A stretch of DNA of 64,000 nt, from assembly GCA_964016885.1 (NCBI GenBank), contig OZ024740.1, forward strand, positions 223,448,001 through 223,512,000, given 5' to 3'. Below, piece by piece: positions 39,546 to 54,215 of the stretch. Within the stretch, counting starts at the first letter, position 1. Every line of letters begins with the position of its first letter. The DNA is from Eledone cirrhosa. Lineage: Eukaryota. Below the pieces are notes generated by a model, which saw only the letters and a program-made list of their open reading frames with translations, was not told where the DNA came from and ran no database searches. The position numbers were made by a program, and so were the translations under genes.

Positions 39546-40831
39546 TTAAATTGGCTATTTCTTTTTTTTATTTTTTACTATTCCTTTTTTACCCCTACTC
39601 CACTTATCTTAGCCTCACATTTTAACTAGTTCAAATTTTCTTCCTAGTTAATTTATATAGTATTTTTTCATATTTTATTTTTACCCATGTTATATTAATT
39701 TTTTTTTCTTTATTCCCACTTATATTATTTTAATTTATAACCCAGATCCTTTATCCTCTATAGTCCTTTTCTTAATAGGGGATTCTTCTATTTCATTCTT
39801 TAACTATCCTTTCTTTTCACTTTTAATATAACCCACTCTTATGTATAATTATTTAAGAATAATTCATTTGCCATTATTTCCCTCTATATTTTTTCTATTT
39901 AGCTTTAACCTTTATCTAAGTCGTCCTCCCGCTTTTGTGACTAATTTAATATTCTTTCACAATGTTCTTTATAAACCCCTTCTTTTTAATCATTTTAATT
40001 TTAATCTCTTTCTATATTGTTTTATTTCACTCTATTTTGTTACTGGTATAATTAGCATCCCAATTGCCCTATCTCTTTTGGCCATAGCGCAAATCCTTAC
40101 ACCTTTAACTCACTCAATTTTATCATTTATAATACACTTCCTATAGTATCCCGCTATATTATTTATTTTTTAGTGTTAACCCTTACTACTTTGGCCTTTC
40201 TCCTGCTTTTATATATTCTTTGACTATATTTTTTATATAACCCTTCTTTTAAACAATTTTTTATCTTCCACTAGAAGAACTTTTGCCTAGTTATTGACCT
40301 CTTACACTTTGGTATGCATAGCTTGGCCTTTAAATATCATAATCATTTTTCTTTTATCTTGCATTTTCTTTCCCTTCAATTCATAATATAACCCCTTTTT
40401 TGCCTTTCTCAAATTATCTTAATGTACTTCACCACCTCTAATTGTTATTTTTTATGACTGCTCATATGTTCAATGTTATATATTTCTTTCCACACATATA
40501 TTCATCCTTTTATTCTACCATTAAGTATATTATTAACACCCCTTTTTCCTTCTTTTAAATATAAAAAAAAATTCTAATTATCTGTTATATATTTCTTGTT
40601 ATTTATCTCTCTTTCTTCATAGTTATGCCCCTTGTTATATGTACCTGCCTACCTCCAGTTTCATACATCCTCCATTTTTTGAGACGGTTAAATCCTTCGA
40701 ATTTAAAATGTATTATTATCTTACTTCCATCTTTAATATGTGGACGGGTATGCTTCAAGTTTTACATTTATTGTAGTCCCTATTTTCAGTGACATATATT
40801 TTTGAATTTTTATGTTTATTTTTTCTTTTCA

Positions 40832-40952
40832 GCTCCGATGAGAACATATCAAACTTTTCTTTTTATTATCACTTACTATTATCGATTTTATAATCGATAA
40901 TTATCATCTGTATGTGTAGAATACTGATATGGTTTCCAAAACAATTGTTAGC
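40832..40952 (+). ncRNA. Decayed long-stem-II hammerhead motif
   Basis: GCT CCGATGA GAACATATCA...TGATATGGTTTCC AAAA CAATTG TT AGC; palindromic stem III ACAATTGT; core changes U4>C and G12>A. Confidence 0.5.
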
Positions 40953-41005
40953 CAATAAATATATTTGTTTAAGAATTTGGTATCGTTTTCCCTAACATTT
41001 AATTC

Positions 41006-41066
<61 letters not shown>

Positions 41067-41374
41067 GAAGTTATATTTAATTTGTTGGGATACAACAAGC
41101 AAATATTTTTATAACTGATATAAAGAACTCAACAAATTTTGGAGTAAAAATACAATATATTAATAAATGGAAACTATATTTATAAAACCATATTTATTTC
41201 ATTATACATATTTCAAGGACACCAAAGCAAATTATGGTGCGCTTTCATCATAAAATATAATATAGATCAGTTTTATAAACAAATGTTGACATACACTTAA
41301 AAGAATGCGACCATGTCTGTTGGAAGCTCCCGGATATATATATATATATGTATGTATATATATATATTAATAGA

Positions 41375-41625
41375 AGATCGGAGGCCATATTCAGTTGATT
41401 CGGATTTATTTAAAACTTAGTTATACATATTTGCTGAGGACTATCAGTTAAGATAGCCTGAGCTCTTCAGATGGCAAAAACCTAAAATAAACATTGAAAG
41501 TTCCAAAGAAACCTTTGGACCGTGGTGTTTCGACGGCCGGCTACAGACTGTCGAAGAAACATTATAAAACAGAGTTTTAAATAAACCTAAATCAACTGAA
41601 TATGGCCGCCGAACTTTAATATATA
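41375..41625. repeat. Small element with ~40-bp imperfect inverted ends in (TA)n
   Basis: GGCCATATTCAGTTGATTCGGATTTATTTAAAACT versus AGTTTTAAATAAACCTAAATCAACTGAATATGGCC. Confidence 0.6.
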
Positions 41626-41758
41626 ATGCTCTGTCTTGTAGCATTTATACAGGTTGTTGAGCACTTCTTTTTATTTGCTTCACAACCGACAGACGATAAT
41701 GTGATCCGCACATCCTTGTTCTGTTAACCCCATACTCTAATACATATATATATATATA

Positions 41759-41854
41759 CACGGTGTCCCCCAAAACTGTATACATATTTCAACAGCATTC
41801 TAATAACTATTGCCTGTACAGGTAATGAAAGTGTTTACATTTTTTGGGGACACC

Positions 41855-41857
<3 letters not shown>
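41759..41857. mobile_element. Tc1/mariner-type MITE (99 bp)
   Basis: TA|CACGGTGTCCCCCAAAA...TTTTTGGGGACACCCTG|TA. Confidence 0.75.
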
Positions 41858-41907
<50 letters not shown>

Positions 41908-41935
41908 TATATATATATATGTATACACACGCACA

Positions 41936-41983
<48 letters not shown>

Positions 41984-42016
41984 TATATATATATATGTAT
42001 ACACACGCACATGTGC

Positions 42017-42049
<33 letters not shown>

Positions 42050-42471
42050 AATTATTATTAACATCATATATCACCACTGACTGCTTTATCTGTACATTGG
42101 GGAGTTCAGATATCTGCCAGCATTATATAGCTTGTGAGATCAATATATGACTTGAAACTAAGATTGTTCAAAATGTCTTTCTCTAGTGTCTTCTAAACCA
42201 CGAAATTTGAAGTATAATTAAGATAAACGTTGTTTTAGGCAATGAAGACATCAACAAACTTTCCTATTGTTTTGGTTTCCTATGTTACAAATAAAAGTTT
42301 GAGTTTAATACCAGAGAGACAGAAAGAAATGAGTGCATGAGTGTGTAGATCCCAAGTTAAATCAGGATAGTGTACTCAATACAGTAGTAGAGTGTGAACA
42401 TCATTATATATTTCTGATGATTTTCATATGAATGAAACAGTTCTAGCATTGTAGAATCCATTTCTATATTA

Positions 42472-42658
42472 AATAACTGTTTCTACGTTAGGCACAAGGC
42501 CAGCAATTACCCAGTGTATTACTGGTACTTTATTTTATCGACCCCGTAAGGATGAAAGACAAAGTTAACCTCGGTGGGATTTAAACTCAGAATGGCAAGG
42601 GCCGTAACTCTATGCGCCAAAGCATGGCATCCGACACTCTACCGATACTGCCAATCCA
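42472..42658 (-). mobile_element. tRNA-derived SINE family 1
   Basis: Reverse-complement match to family 1. Confidence 0.85.
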
Positions 42659-42742
42659 TAACGGTTTATATATAAATGTTTATGCACCCATGGATGCATG
42701 GGAAAGGGAATTAAAAATGGTGATGTTATATATATCCACACA

Positions 42743-42794
<52 letters not shown>

Positions 42795-42993
42795 GTGTGT
42801 GTGTGGCAGATTTGACTGATTTATAAGAAAGTTGAGCAGAATGCTTTGATGGATTCATTGCTCCGAGTTTCAACACCGCCAACATCAGTTTTTCTTTACA
42901 TCTTTTCAAGATTGAAACATTACCAGTCCAGTACTGAGGGGAGGTTTGATTCTTTTCTCCTTACTTTACTTGAGAGTGAGAGGGAGTGCGGAA

Positions 42994-43116
42994 AGAGAGA
43001 GAGAGAGAGAGTGAGAGAGAGAGAGGGAGAGAGAGAGAGAGAGATAGAGAGAGAGGGAGAGAGAGGGAGAGAGAGAGAGAGGGAGAGAGGGAGAGAGAGA
43101 GAGAGAGAGAGGGAGA

Positions 43117-43156
<40 letters not shown>

Positions 43157-43165
43157 AAGAGAGAT
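42994..43165. repeat. (GA)n microsatellite
   Basis: Direct reading. Confidence 0.95.
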
Positions 43166-44363
43166 AGGTAAACTATGTTCAGTCATGCTGAAGGATGTTT
43201 CCACCAGGCTTAAATGTCAAAATCATGCTATATGGTATACCTACTGCCTAGAGCTGTAAATAGAGACATAGCATGAGTATATCTTGATGTGGGGTGGGGG
43301 ATAAATGTAGATATATTATTAATCCAAATCTTCATCATAAACATTTCCCATTTTCTTGCTTCAGTAGGTTGATCTTCTTCAGCACAACATGTTACCATAC
43401 ATTTTTTGTGAGGTTCATCTTAGATCAGTCTTCACCTCTTTGGCCCTTGTTATCCTTGGTCTTCTTGATCCACAGTTTCCATCTACTTAAATAGCTCAAC
43501 TCTTTATACAGCTGGCTTCTATATGCATCTCTCATACATATATATGTATGAGAGAGTAACTGGTTTTCTTATATCTAGCGTTTATCTGAGTTCATTTGCA
43601 AGCTATGAGTCATGTTCAATAGCATTACACTCAAAATAGATCATGCTTGTTTGATTTTCTCCTCACCATCACAGATTTTCCATATTCAGGCATCACTAAC
43701 ATGCATCATAAATTCTACATATTACTTTGAAAAGGAATATGTTGTTAGGGCTAGACATCTGAACATTGGTCATATATTTTCCATATAATCTTATCTAATC
43801 AACATCTGCCACTTGCAAATTTACCTTCTCTATCAATATTTTTGTGATTGCATTATAGATCTTCTGTGGCCATAATATATACAGAATGTACAGTATGAAT
43901 TTTTACTTATTCCATTTCTGGATATGAAGCACAGTCAGCTAACTAGGTTGTTTCTTTCCTACTTACAAAATCTTTTGTATTTTCTAAGTTTACTTTAAGC
44001 ATTTTTTTAATTCCAGATTTCAACACCCACACTGAAATATCTTCATTAACTCTACACATGCCCATTATGTTTATGTAATATTAAAACAAAAAAGTATATG
44101 ATTTGTGCATATGTATTGTATATACAGTGTATGTGTATTTTAAGAACTACAGTGACCTCCAATCAGAAAGAGAGAAACATTCATAGACAACTAGACAGCT
44201 AAACAGGCAGACAGAGACAGGCGCATTTTATTGTCCAAAGGCAGATAGATATTAAGGTGAATAGCTGCTGCTACACCACTAAGGAGGGTGATGGTAGGGA
44301 AGATATAAAGTTACCATTTCCCAACCAAATCTAGCGTGAATGATTGTCACACGATAGTCGCAT

Positions 44364-44415
<52 letters not shown>

Positions 44416-45931
44416 CAATTCTACATCATAAGCACTCAAATATGTTATGTACACTTCCTAGATTTTCATATGTTTAATAGTTGTTATTTATCTTTTGTAG
44501 GAAATATTAGACAGTCAATTATTTTTTGTTATCTACATAATGCTAAAACAACAAATACAAACAAACACACATTGAAACAAAATGAAACTGTTGGAAGATT
44601 AAAAATGGAATATTAGATAAAAATAATTCCAGCAAAAGGAAATATGTTTGCAAACGTTATCTAAAATTCATAGACATAAAAACTCTGCTGCAGATATTTT
44701 CTTATTTCCTTGCCTAAGGTAGCTTTCTCTTTTGACATGGTATTCAGAAGATACATAGCTATCTTATTCGATGACAATATTAGAAAGAGTATGTGGTGGA
44801 AGGTTGACAATTCGTTTGCTCATAAATGCTATACACAAGACAAAATCTGAAACCATTTATATGAAATTATAGACTAGACATGCTTGGCAAAAAAACAGAA
44901 TGAGATTAACTATGAGGTAAAATGAAAGCTCACATTTTTGTTGTGTTATTTATAATGAAACATTTAAAACACATGTAGTTATATAGCATGATGGGGTTGT
45001 ACAAATACAACATTGACTCAAGGGAAATAATGGACAGCCTGATAACATTGTTTTTAATTTAAACTTAATGGGATTTAAAGAAACCTTGTCAATGTTCATA
45101 AAAAAAGAAATTTTAAAAAGAAATTAGAAAAGGTAATAAAGCTTTCTAAATTTTGAGACAGAAAACTTAATCTTACAAAAGGCATTTATAAAGAAAATTG
45201 AGTGCATGAAAATATTGTATTCTCTGTATTTTTTCCACATTTTCCATTTCTTTAGAGCAGTAACTCTTATCAACAGTGTTTCTCCATTTTATATGCAACT
45301 TATTCTTATGGTGTTTCTTTGTCCCAATTTTCTTCTATCACTTTGCATCATGCAAGTTATTTAAAGAATTTCTTTATCTAACGTTTTGTTTGGTTATTGT
45401 ACTTTTGGTCCTATGGAATTTTTCTTCAGTTCTGTAGATATATATATTTTTTTGTTAGTTCCTCTCCAACCAGCATGTTTGAATTTTCTATATTATACTT
45501 TCTTTAGATTTTCTTTTCCTTCTAATTTTTTAAATACTATCAAGGAAAAAAATGTTGACTATGAAGACACTGCTGTTAGTTGTGATGTGTGATCAAATGA
45601 ACAGCCAACAGCATTCCATTGTAGGCAACAGTCATATACACTATGTTCAGCAATGTAAGGAATTTATAGTAACAAATTGAATAAATAAATATAAAATGTA
45701 AGAAGAGGAAGGGAATCACATGAAGCAATTACTGAAGTGAGCAAGCATTAAAAAATAAATCAACTAAGGCAATGTATATAAAAAGTATAATCAATATACT
45801 TCGAAGTATTTATGCAAGTATGTTAAGGAATTTATGTTTGGATAGATAGAAGTACATTCTCTCTCTCTACCAAACATACACACAAATAATGCATCTGGCA
45901 CTTGCTGAAAATATTAGCTACATATTTTAAA

Positions 45932-45980
<49 letters not shown>

Positions 45981-47089
45981 ATACATACACATATCTTATG
46001 CTAACTACACATGTATTAATGTTTGAACATATTATGAACACTATTATTTAAAACACCCACTTCAATATATATAATTAATGTAGTATGTTTATAGACCATT
46101 CCTCATGCATATATGGTTGAATTCATTAGTGCACATTAACCAGTAATTGTTAAAACTATTCCTATTTTCTTAATGGGGAAAAGAGATTGATTTATTTTTC
46201 AATACAAAGAAGAGACCTACCTTGGCTCTACACCATATTCAATCAGTGTTTTCATGTCAACATCAAATTAGCGCTTCTTTCTATTCAGTACTTAAGAAGC
46301 TAATATAAAGTCTAAGCCATAGATCTTAAGTATTTTCTATAATGTCTGTCTGCTCTACATCAGCACTTTAGCATCCAATATGACCAGTACATAGTTAATC
46401 ACTACTCTAATGTTCAAGTACCTCATGCCATTATTCTATGCCTAGCAACACCAATATAAACCTACAAAACCACCATCCTTTAAAATGTTCCAGTGAGCCA
46501 ACAAAGGAACTTCTATGCCAAATCCTTCCAAATTTTTCACATTGACAACACACTGACACCTTTTGTTAATAACCTGAAATTAAGACAAATAATAAACAAC
46601 CAATTAATATATCATGTGTCACCAGTCACATGTCAAAAGGAAGAGTTGTCAGATCTCTAATATACATCTGAGTCAAATATTCATAAACAATGATCAGATG
46701 TCACTTTATTCCATGAAACACTTAAAGATTATTTGCAACGCATTAAAGTTTCTTGAAACACCATTTCAAAACCTCTTCTATATCTATTAATTAACCAGCT
46801 ACAAATCACATCTAAATTCGCTCAAATCCCACCTTACCTTTAAAGGAAACGATACATTGTAGTCCTAGAAATAGAAAACAGAATGTATGGTCAAAACAGA
46901 AATGCCTTTGATCATATTTTGCCATGGGGCTGAACAACAATGTTCCATCAAGAGACTTGGGACTAAGGTTTTAACACTACTATGGTCCTGGCCACAATTC
47001 TTACTTTTATCTTTAATGTAGTATAAAACTATTTCATTCTTTTCTACACAAACTCAAGAATATAACAGAAAACTTTAATAATGCTACTC

Positions 47090-47329
47090 TAGTGGTTTCC
47101 AAATATATTTTGACATGGAGCCCTTATTTTTCAAAAAGTTGCAGATCCCATTATTATGTTTGTCAACAACTCTACCACCTTAATGTTAATATATGAAATG
47201 AAAAAAAAGTTGTTAGAGGTTGAGATTAATTCATATAAAAGAAAGAAAGACATTTTATTAAGTTTTACTGAGCTACATCTTGAATTGTTGAACCATGGGG
47301 TTCCTGAAAATCCATTTTGTGAAACACTG
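47090..47329. mobile_element. Possible hAT-type MITE
   Basis: Imperfect termini TAGTGGTTTCCAAA...TTTGTGAAACACTG; TSD unclear. Confidence 0.3.
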
Positions 47330-48982
47330 CTCTATACTAAACCTTCAAGTTACGTATTTAACCAATTATTCCAAATATATATCTATGCGTATTTTGCACA
47401 ACCCACTGTATGAATAGTGTTAACTTAGCATGAATACTGCAGATGTACTCACACTATAAATAACTCTTGGCAAGAATTAAAAATATAGCATCTAGGCCAG
47501 TGTGAACTAAACATTTTTTTTTGTTTTAAATTCTGGCTAAATCGATGTTGTTAGTGATTAAGGTACTACACGATCAAATCAGAAAGCTGGATACAAATAT
47601 CAGGTCAGTGAGGTCACAGATAATAGTCTCCTACAGAATTGATTTATAGTCTGACTTACATTCTGCATTTCTCTTGGTATGAAACTCAAGAAAGTCCATT
47701 GATAAAAAAATAACAAAAATCTAGAGTAATGGGCTTATTGACATGAAGAATGAAAGAGCATTTGTTTGTGAATGAGAGAAGCCATGGCAATGTTCTGATT
47801 TAAGAAGATAAAAAAAGTTAAACATTGATTACTTTGGAAATTCTATTGATTGTTAGTGAACAAGGGAGAAAAACATTCATTTAAAAATACTAAAGTAAAA
47901 TGAGAAAATATTTTTTAAAAATTGAGTAGGATGGGAGAAATTAAATAAGAGAAAAAAGACTATCAAGCATAAAGTGCTTGAGGTCAAATATACTCTACAT
48001 ACATACATACATGCATACACTATACCACACACACACACACACACATTGTTCTATATGTAGACAGCAGATAAAAATCATATGCAGGGCAATTCACCTTACA
48101 ATTAGAAAAAACTATGTGATCTATGAATTTACTGTACCATTCATGCTGTCTGTCTATGAAGTAATTTAGATCTTTTTACACTTTTACACATTTAAACACA
48201 ATCAAAACATAGGTAGCCACTGGGCCTTATGACACTAAAAGCATTTAGAGGAAATTCATAAACTTAAGTGTCTCGATCAGACACTGAATGTGAAAGATGT
48301 AGCCGATATGAATAACTGATTAATAAGGTCAACATCTTAGTTATTTCTCCGGCTTCTTTACTCACATAAACACACAAATATACATACACACCAGGTTTTA
48401 TCAATGTTGTGGTGCTATTAGTGATCTTTTTTATAGCTCTTTCCAATCCACAGTACCAACAATATGTTAAAGCAACAACAATCAAATTGGTAAATAATAA
48501 ATATGAATTAGGTAACTCTGCTGGCTCCCTGATAAAATGCACTCAGTCTATTCTAGTAGAGGTAATGCTTGTGCCATGATAAAATACATCCAGTACACTC
48601 TGTAAATTGGTAGTGCTAGTGTCACAATAAAATACATCCATTCTACACTATTAACTGGTTGCCATTGGGAAGATCCCCCATCCCTAGAAACCATACCAAA
48701 ATGGAACATGAGTAAGATGTGTTCATCTGATCTCTACTTTCAGCCTATGACAACCTGTTTAACTCCTGGTAGCTTAGAAAACAGAATTAAAACGATCATC
48801 ATGCTGATGAATCAGAGAGAAGTTATGAAATGATATTCACACTCCTTCAATTAAGCATTATAAAGAATGTTGCAACTTAAAACACTTGTTGCAAAATCAT
48901 AAGTGATAGGGATGCAGAGGGGCAGGAATAGCTAAACTCTCACATGAGTATCACTTAAGACTGTAATAAAAAAAAAAGCTGC

Positions 48983-49172
48983 AAATAATTGTTTCTACTT
49001 TAGGCACAAGGCCAGCAATTACCCAGTGCATTACTGGTACTTTATTTTATAGACCCCCATAAGGATGAAAGGCAAAGTCAACCTCGGCGGGATTTGAACT
49101 CATATCATAAAGGGACGTAACTATGCTGGAAAGCATGGCGCCCGACCCTCTACCGATACTGCCAATCCACCG
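48983..49172 (-). mobile_element. tRNA-derived SINE family 1, full length with TSD
   Basis: Flanking direct repeat AAAAGCTGCAAATAAT. Confidence 0.9.
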
Positions 49173-49479
49173 TTCCAAAAGCTGCAAATAATGATAAAAT
49201 CTTTGTGGACAATTGTCAATCTCTCCAATACATCTTAAATGCCATGAACGGAAAAATGTAATACATCAAATTTTTTTATATGCAAAAACCATGGGAATAG
49301 TGTGATATTAAAGATGATGTTACCGTCATTAGCAGGTTTGAAATATTTGACTGTTAACAATATGGCTACTATTTTTGAATAGTTAGCATGAACCAACTGT
49401 TATATCTATTGAAGTGAAATGAATTCCGTGTCAAATAATGACATAATGAGCAGCGATATATGACTGTCCCCATATCAAC

Positions 49480-51600
49480 CCCATAGCAGGCTCTACTGCA
49501 GTGTCTGTTTGGATGCAGTTCAATTGATGGGCCACTGAATGGAAAAGTGAGATGGGTGGATCAAGATCAGGAGTTTGATTCCAGGCAAGCAGGGGGTTGT
49601 ATTCAGGGATGGGGTTGTATTCATCATAAGGGACTTTCTCAATCTCGAAGCATGTTCAGCTTACTCAACATCTAAATTTCTTGTCCACGATAACTAGCAC
49701 CAGACGTGCTACATTGGCAGTCTCAGACAGGGTTCTACATGCACCACACATTTCAAAGCAGACAAGCAACCATGACATACTGATTCATTAGCTATCCACT
49801 TGCAAAGCAGATTGTGTCACTTCATTCTCAGTGCTTTCAACTTGGGACACAGGCTGCTAAGGTGTTAACTGTACTCGGATGCAACACCACATTGCCTGCA
49901 GGATTTGGGACCAAGTTAGATATTTGTGGGTCAGAAAACTATATGATCAAAGTTTGAGGAAGACTAAAATTCTGCTTTTGGACAACCAACCAGGCTGAAG
50001 TAACAAAGCGTGAATGACCCTGCATATGCACTCTGGACATGATGTGCTTACCATTCTAAGGAGTGGGCACTACGTAGTCTTCATTTGTAAGTGGCATCTG
50101 GTGATAGGAGCAGCGACAGGAGAGCATAGTGGGCTGCGATCTCAATATTCTTTCAGCCAGTCCCACACTCTTAGATAGACTACATACAATATCATAACAG
50201 AATGTTAAGGAGATGACACTTGCTGGAATCATTTCAGACAGCTGGCAAAGTCTGAGATTGCTGCCCTTTATCAAGCTGTATAGGAAGTGCACAGATGGAG
50301 GAACTTATAGGTCACGGTGTGAACAATTGAGTCCATTGCTTCCAGAGTGCCCTGGACTGGCAGTTTCTATGACAAAAAGTAAAAGAATTTTGTTAGGAAG
50401 AACTATTGGATGATGCACAGCTCTTGACAGTGTTTTATGGGTGCAGCACAGATTTTATTGAGGTTCTATGTCAGCTCTTCCCTCAAGATCACCCTTTCTG
50501 CATTGTCCACAGACTGGTTGTAAGCCCCAGATAATGACAATGCTCCAACAGGTCAATTTAGTGTAGGGCAATACCAGAGATCAAGAGAGGGTCATCTACG
50601 TTGACTAGGAGTGATATACACCAAGAATAAATCGAAAAGAAGCTGCACTTTGAGACATTGAGTGCCAAGACAATCTCACAGAAGAAATCAAATCTTTTAT
50701 CAACCAAGTGCTGAAGTCCTGCCAGAGAGTTGGCAAAAAGTACACTTCTCAGAGTATGCCAAGCTTTAGATGTTTGTCCCGCAACTTCTACTCTGTGAGT
50801 TGAGTACAGAGCCTCAATGAGGGGATCTGTGGTGATGTTAAGGAGTAGAGAAGACTGCAAGTCACCTTGTTTGACACCTCTTAACTAGGGATGAGATCGG
50901 TCATGGTGGTTCGAGCTGAGAATCTAGTTGTGATACCCTCAGATATCTCTCAAAAACACTGACGAGTTGGTCGCAAAAGCCAAGCCTTCTCATGGCAGCA
51001 AACACAAGTGAGTGGATGACTCAACTGCTTTGGCAAGATCCAAGGATGCAGTGTATCTGTTTGATTGTTGATGCTACTGGTTGCCACTTGGTGCATTTGT
51101 CAAGTTACTGAATTAAGAACATATTCTGGCTGTGCCCAACAGCATTGATGAACCCTCATGGTGCTGGGTTCAGGAGCATTGTCTGACAAAAATGACTGGT
51201 AAGGACCTTTGTGTAGAGATGATATACAACAGCGCAGATCATTAATGGGTGCCAGTAGGCTAGATCATGTGGGTCCTTATTTATTGAGAGATAAATTGAT
51301 CTACCATCCTTCAAATTATTGGGAATCTCCCCAGCCAAATCCCAGCAGTTGAAAACATTGAAGATTGCAAGCTCCATCGACCAAACCACTCTGGAAGAGA
51401 GACCTTCCAGACTAGTGGCTGAGTTGAGTCTTAGGCCCTTAAGCATGTTCTTGACTTCCAATACTATTAACCAACGGAGTAGCGATAAGTTGTCCATAGA
51501 CTCAGGGGCCTAATATGCACTGAGACTGACCTTCAAATGAGAATAGTATACACACTAGACTTCCTGCAGTGGAATCGGACATTCATTCTGCAGTTCCTCC
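49480..51600 (-). pseudogene. Decayed R2-like non-LTR retrotransposon RT region
   Basis: LAIFNVF..AGEIPNNLKDGRSIYL..KDPHDLAYWHPLMI..LYTKVL; SLDLAKA; GVKQGD; LALNVSKC. Confidence 0.7.
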
Positions 51601-52989
51601 CGAAATACCAATCTAAGGGCCATAATATATAGGAAGTATTCTCTCACCAGAGATCTGATCTGAATGCTTGGGTACCCAAATGTTAGGAGGTGTTGTTAAA
51701 CAAGGCAACTGATTAAGTCGCTCTTCACAAGTATGGCACAATAAGATTTGCACTCAGAATGTAAAGAGCCAGAACAAATATCACAAGACATCACGTCCAA
51801 TGTCCCAACAATTCTACCAATATTACTTTATTTGCTGAATAATGAAAGGCGTAAAGGCAAAGTTGATCTCAGCAGGATGTGAACACAGGGTACAGATGGT
51901 GAGAATAAATATATTTACCTTTCTCTATGGTTCCAATCAAAGTTAATTCACAGATTCATTTTACAAGAACAGCCATACATAGTGTCTACTACCAGCCCAG
52001 TTGGAAAGGAAAGTCAATTACTTTGAAATCGGAACTTGACTGATATTTTATTAACTTTTTTTTTTTGGGGGGGGGGGGGGGGGATTAAAATCAAATTTGA
52101 TCTCAGCAGAATTTGAACTCAGAATGTAAAGAGCTGTAACTAAAATACTAAATATTTTGTCCAATCGTCTAACAATTCTGCCAATGCTCTATTCTTACCA
52201 ATAATAATGATAATCATATTGAACGTAATATATAATAGATACTTCTATTAAGAATGCTATTTTACTACTCATTAAACATTTATCTAATATGATTGCTAAA
52301 CTATAACACTGTAAAATTTAATCCCATTATTTGTAAAACAAAAACATGTTTAATGATTAAAATATAAATCATGTGAACAAATTAAAATTAAAATTAGTAA
52401 TTGATAAATAGAGTGGATATTCAAATAAATATATAAAAAAATAAATAAAATAGTAAAAAAATTTCCAAAAATATGATTAAATGAACATCTGAAAATATAT
52501 TATATACATCTTGCTAATCATGGTTTTAAAGAAATACAAGGCCAGCAATTTAAAGAAAAGGGTAAATTGATGACACCGTCCTCAGTAATTCAATGGTACT
52601 TTATTTTATCAACCTCAGAAGGATAAAAAGGAAAGTATACTTAAGTATTATCACCAAATATCACTATATTTTGTCCAATGAAATTATTCTGTCTATCTAC
52701 CACAGGTACCCAGTTAATTATAACATACATTGTGATATGATCTATACGACTGACTTCTCATTGTATGGGTGAGTAGAATGATTCTAATTTTAGCATTATT
52801 TGTATTGTAAAAGATGATTGATATGTTAAATGTAGTGAGAGACCTGATGGTGGCAGTTTTGATTTTCACCCATCAATGAATCTCATTCATATCATAGCAA
52901 TCTTAACTGATAGAATAAAAAAAAGCAAACTTATGTACTATGAGAAACCTATCCAGAATAAAGCTATTTTGTCATCATAATGTCTTTAA

Positions 52990-53208
52990 CCCTTTAGCAT
53001 TTATATTACTCTATATATACTATTGTATTTTCATGGTAAAGGATTTACCTCACAATTATCTCTCATAATATGTAATCCATGAGATTTTGATATTATTTAT
53101 TTTGAGAACAATATCTTAACATCAGTATGAGTGGCTGATTACAGCCACTTTGAACAGAAAGAAGTGAGAAGATTCTGGCTGGATATGGCCGGTTTAAATG
53201 CTAAATCG
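52990..53208. mobile_element. piggyBac-type (TTAA) MITE
   Basis: TTAA|CCCTTTAGCATTTA...TAAATGCTAAATCG|TTAA; similar TTAA-CCCTTT elements near 17136-17368 and 27707-27950. Confidence 0.55.
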
Positions 53209-53282
53209 TTAAAGGTCCCATCTAAAGATCACAAATTAAGGTTTGTTTAGGAATATGTTTAGAAATGCATATAATCAAAGGA

Positions 53283-54215
53283 AGTTTCTGCAGGAGGATG
53301 GGATTGACAGTCAGCTACTTGTGCCCTGATGTCTTTATATGAATGCTCGAGTATTTGTGTTTGGATAAATGGTGCTAAATCGGAACCATTGAATGTGGGA
53401 ATTGAACTCTGCCAAGGATGCACCTGTCACCTCTTCTCTTCATTATTTTCCTGAACAAGATTGACATCTGCAGTCAGGTTAAAAGTGATATCACGAATGG
53501 CAAGTGAAAATCAGTGTTACTTAACATGACAGGTGATCTCTGACTTGCACTTTAAAGATTTGATGCTGAGTGCTGCAGGGCTGGAATGAAAATCAGTGCT
53601 GAGAAAATAGACACTCATCATCTAAGGAAGCCTGTACAGTGAAGCAGGTGTAGAAGTTCAAGTATTCCAGGGTCATGTTCCCGAGTGATGGAAGTCAGAA
53701 GGCTGCATTAAGTGCAAGAATTATAGGAGCTGGTGCAGCATTTAGTAATCAGAATCAGAGAGGTAGGTGTTAAAGCCAAACTCACTATCTTCAATTTCGT
53801 ATCCGTGTCAACCTTTACTTATGGTTATGAATTTTAGATTCACAATCATATTCTTTTGGTCATTACCTAAGTGGCCAAAACAGGGTTCTTCTAAAAAGTC
53901 TTTGCAGTAATGTTACTTGATAGAGTGCATAACTCAGAGTCACTCCAGTTAGGGCCACTACATCTCAGAACTGAGAGATCACAGCTCCAATACTATGGGC
54001 ATGTAGTTAGAATGTCTCCGGAAAGAATTGCTGGATAGAAGATGCAAGGGTAGACCCTGATCCAGATGGTTGGATAACATCGATGGTTTGGCTGGTCTTG
54101 CATGGGGATACAGCCGGATCAGTTGGAGATGGTTGCTTCTGACAGGACCCATTGGAAGAAGTCTTTCAGGACTGCCCCCATAAACCTCTCAGGAATAAGT
54201 GAGTAAAGAAGAAGA
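53283..54215 (+). mobile_element. RTE-clade (Rex3/Expander-like) LINE fragment
   Basis: Decayed QGCT.SPLLFIIF, GMKISAEK, KFKY, KAKLTIF..STFTYGYE, ERSQLQYYGHVVRM motifs. Confidence 0.75.

Larger units (their letters stand above)
38080..41008 (+). mobile_element. Second Penelope-like element, 3' portion (GIY-YIG, long pyrimidine-rich 3' UTR, decayed HHR)
   Basis: Coding remnant 38080-39545, T/C-rich UTR, HHR-like motif at 40832-40952 followed by AATAAA and (TA)n. Confidence 0.7.

Noticed and set aside
30080-46600. Several strong minus-strand splice acceptors (near 30168, 31377, 34351 and 46574) as host-gene exons
   Set aside because: Downstream frames hit stops quickly, no recognisable protein or consistent exon chain emerged, and RNA-seq would be needed.
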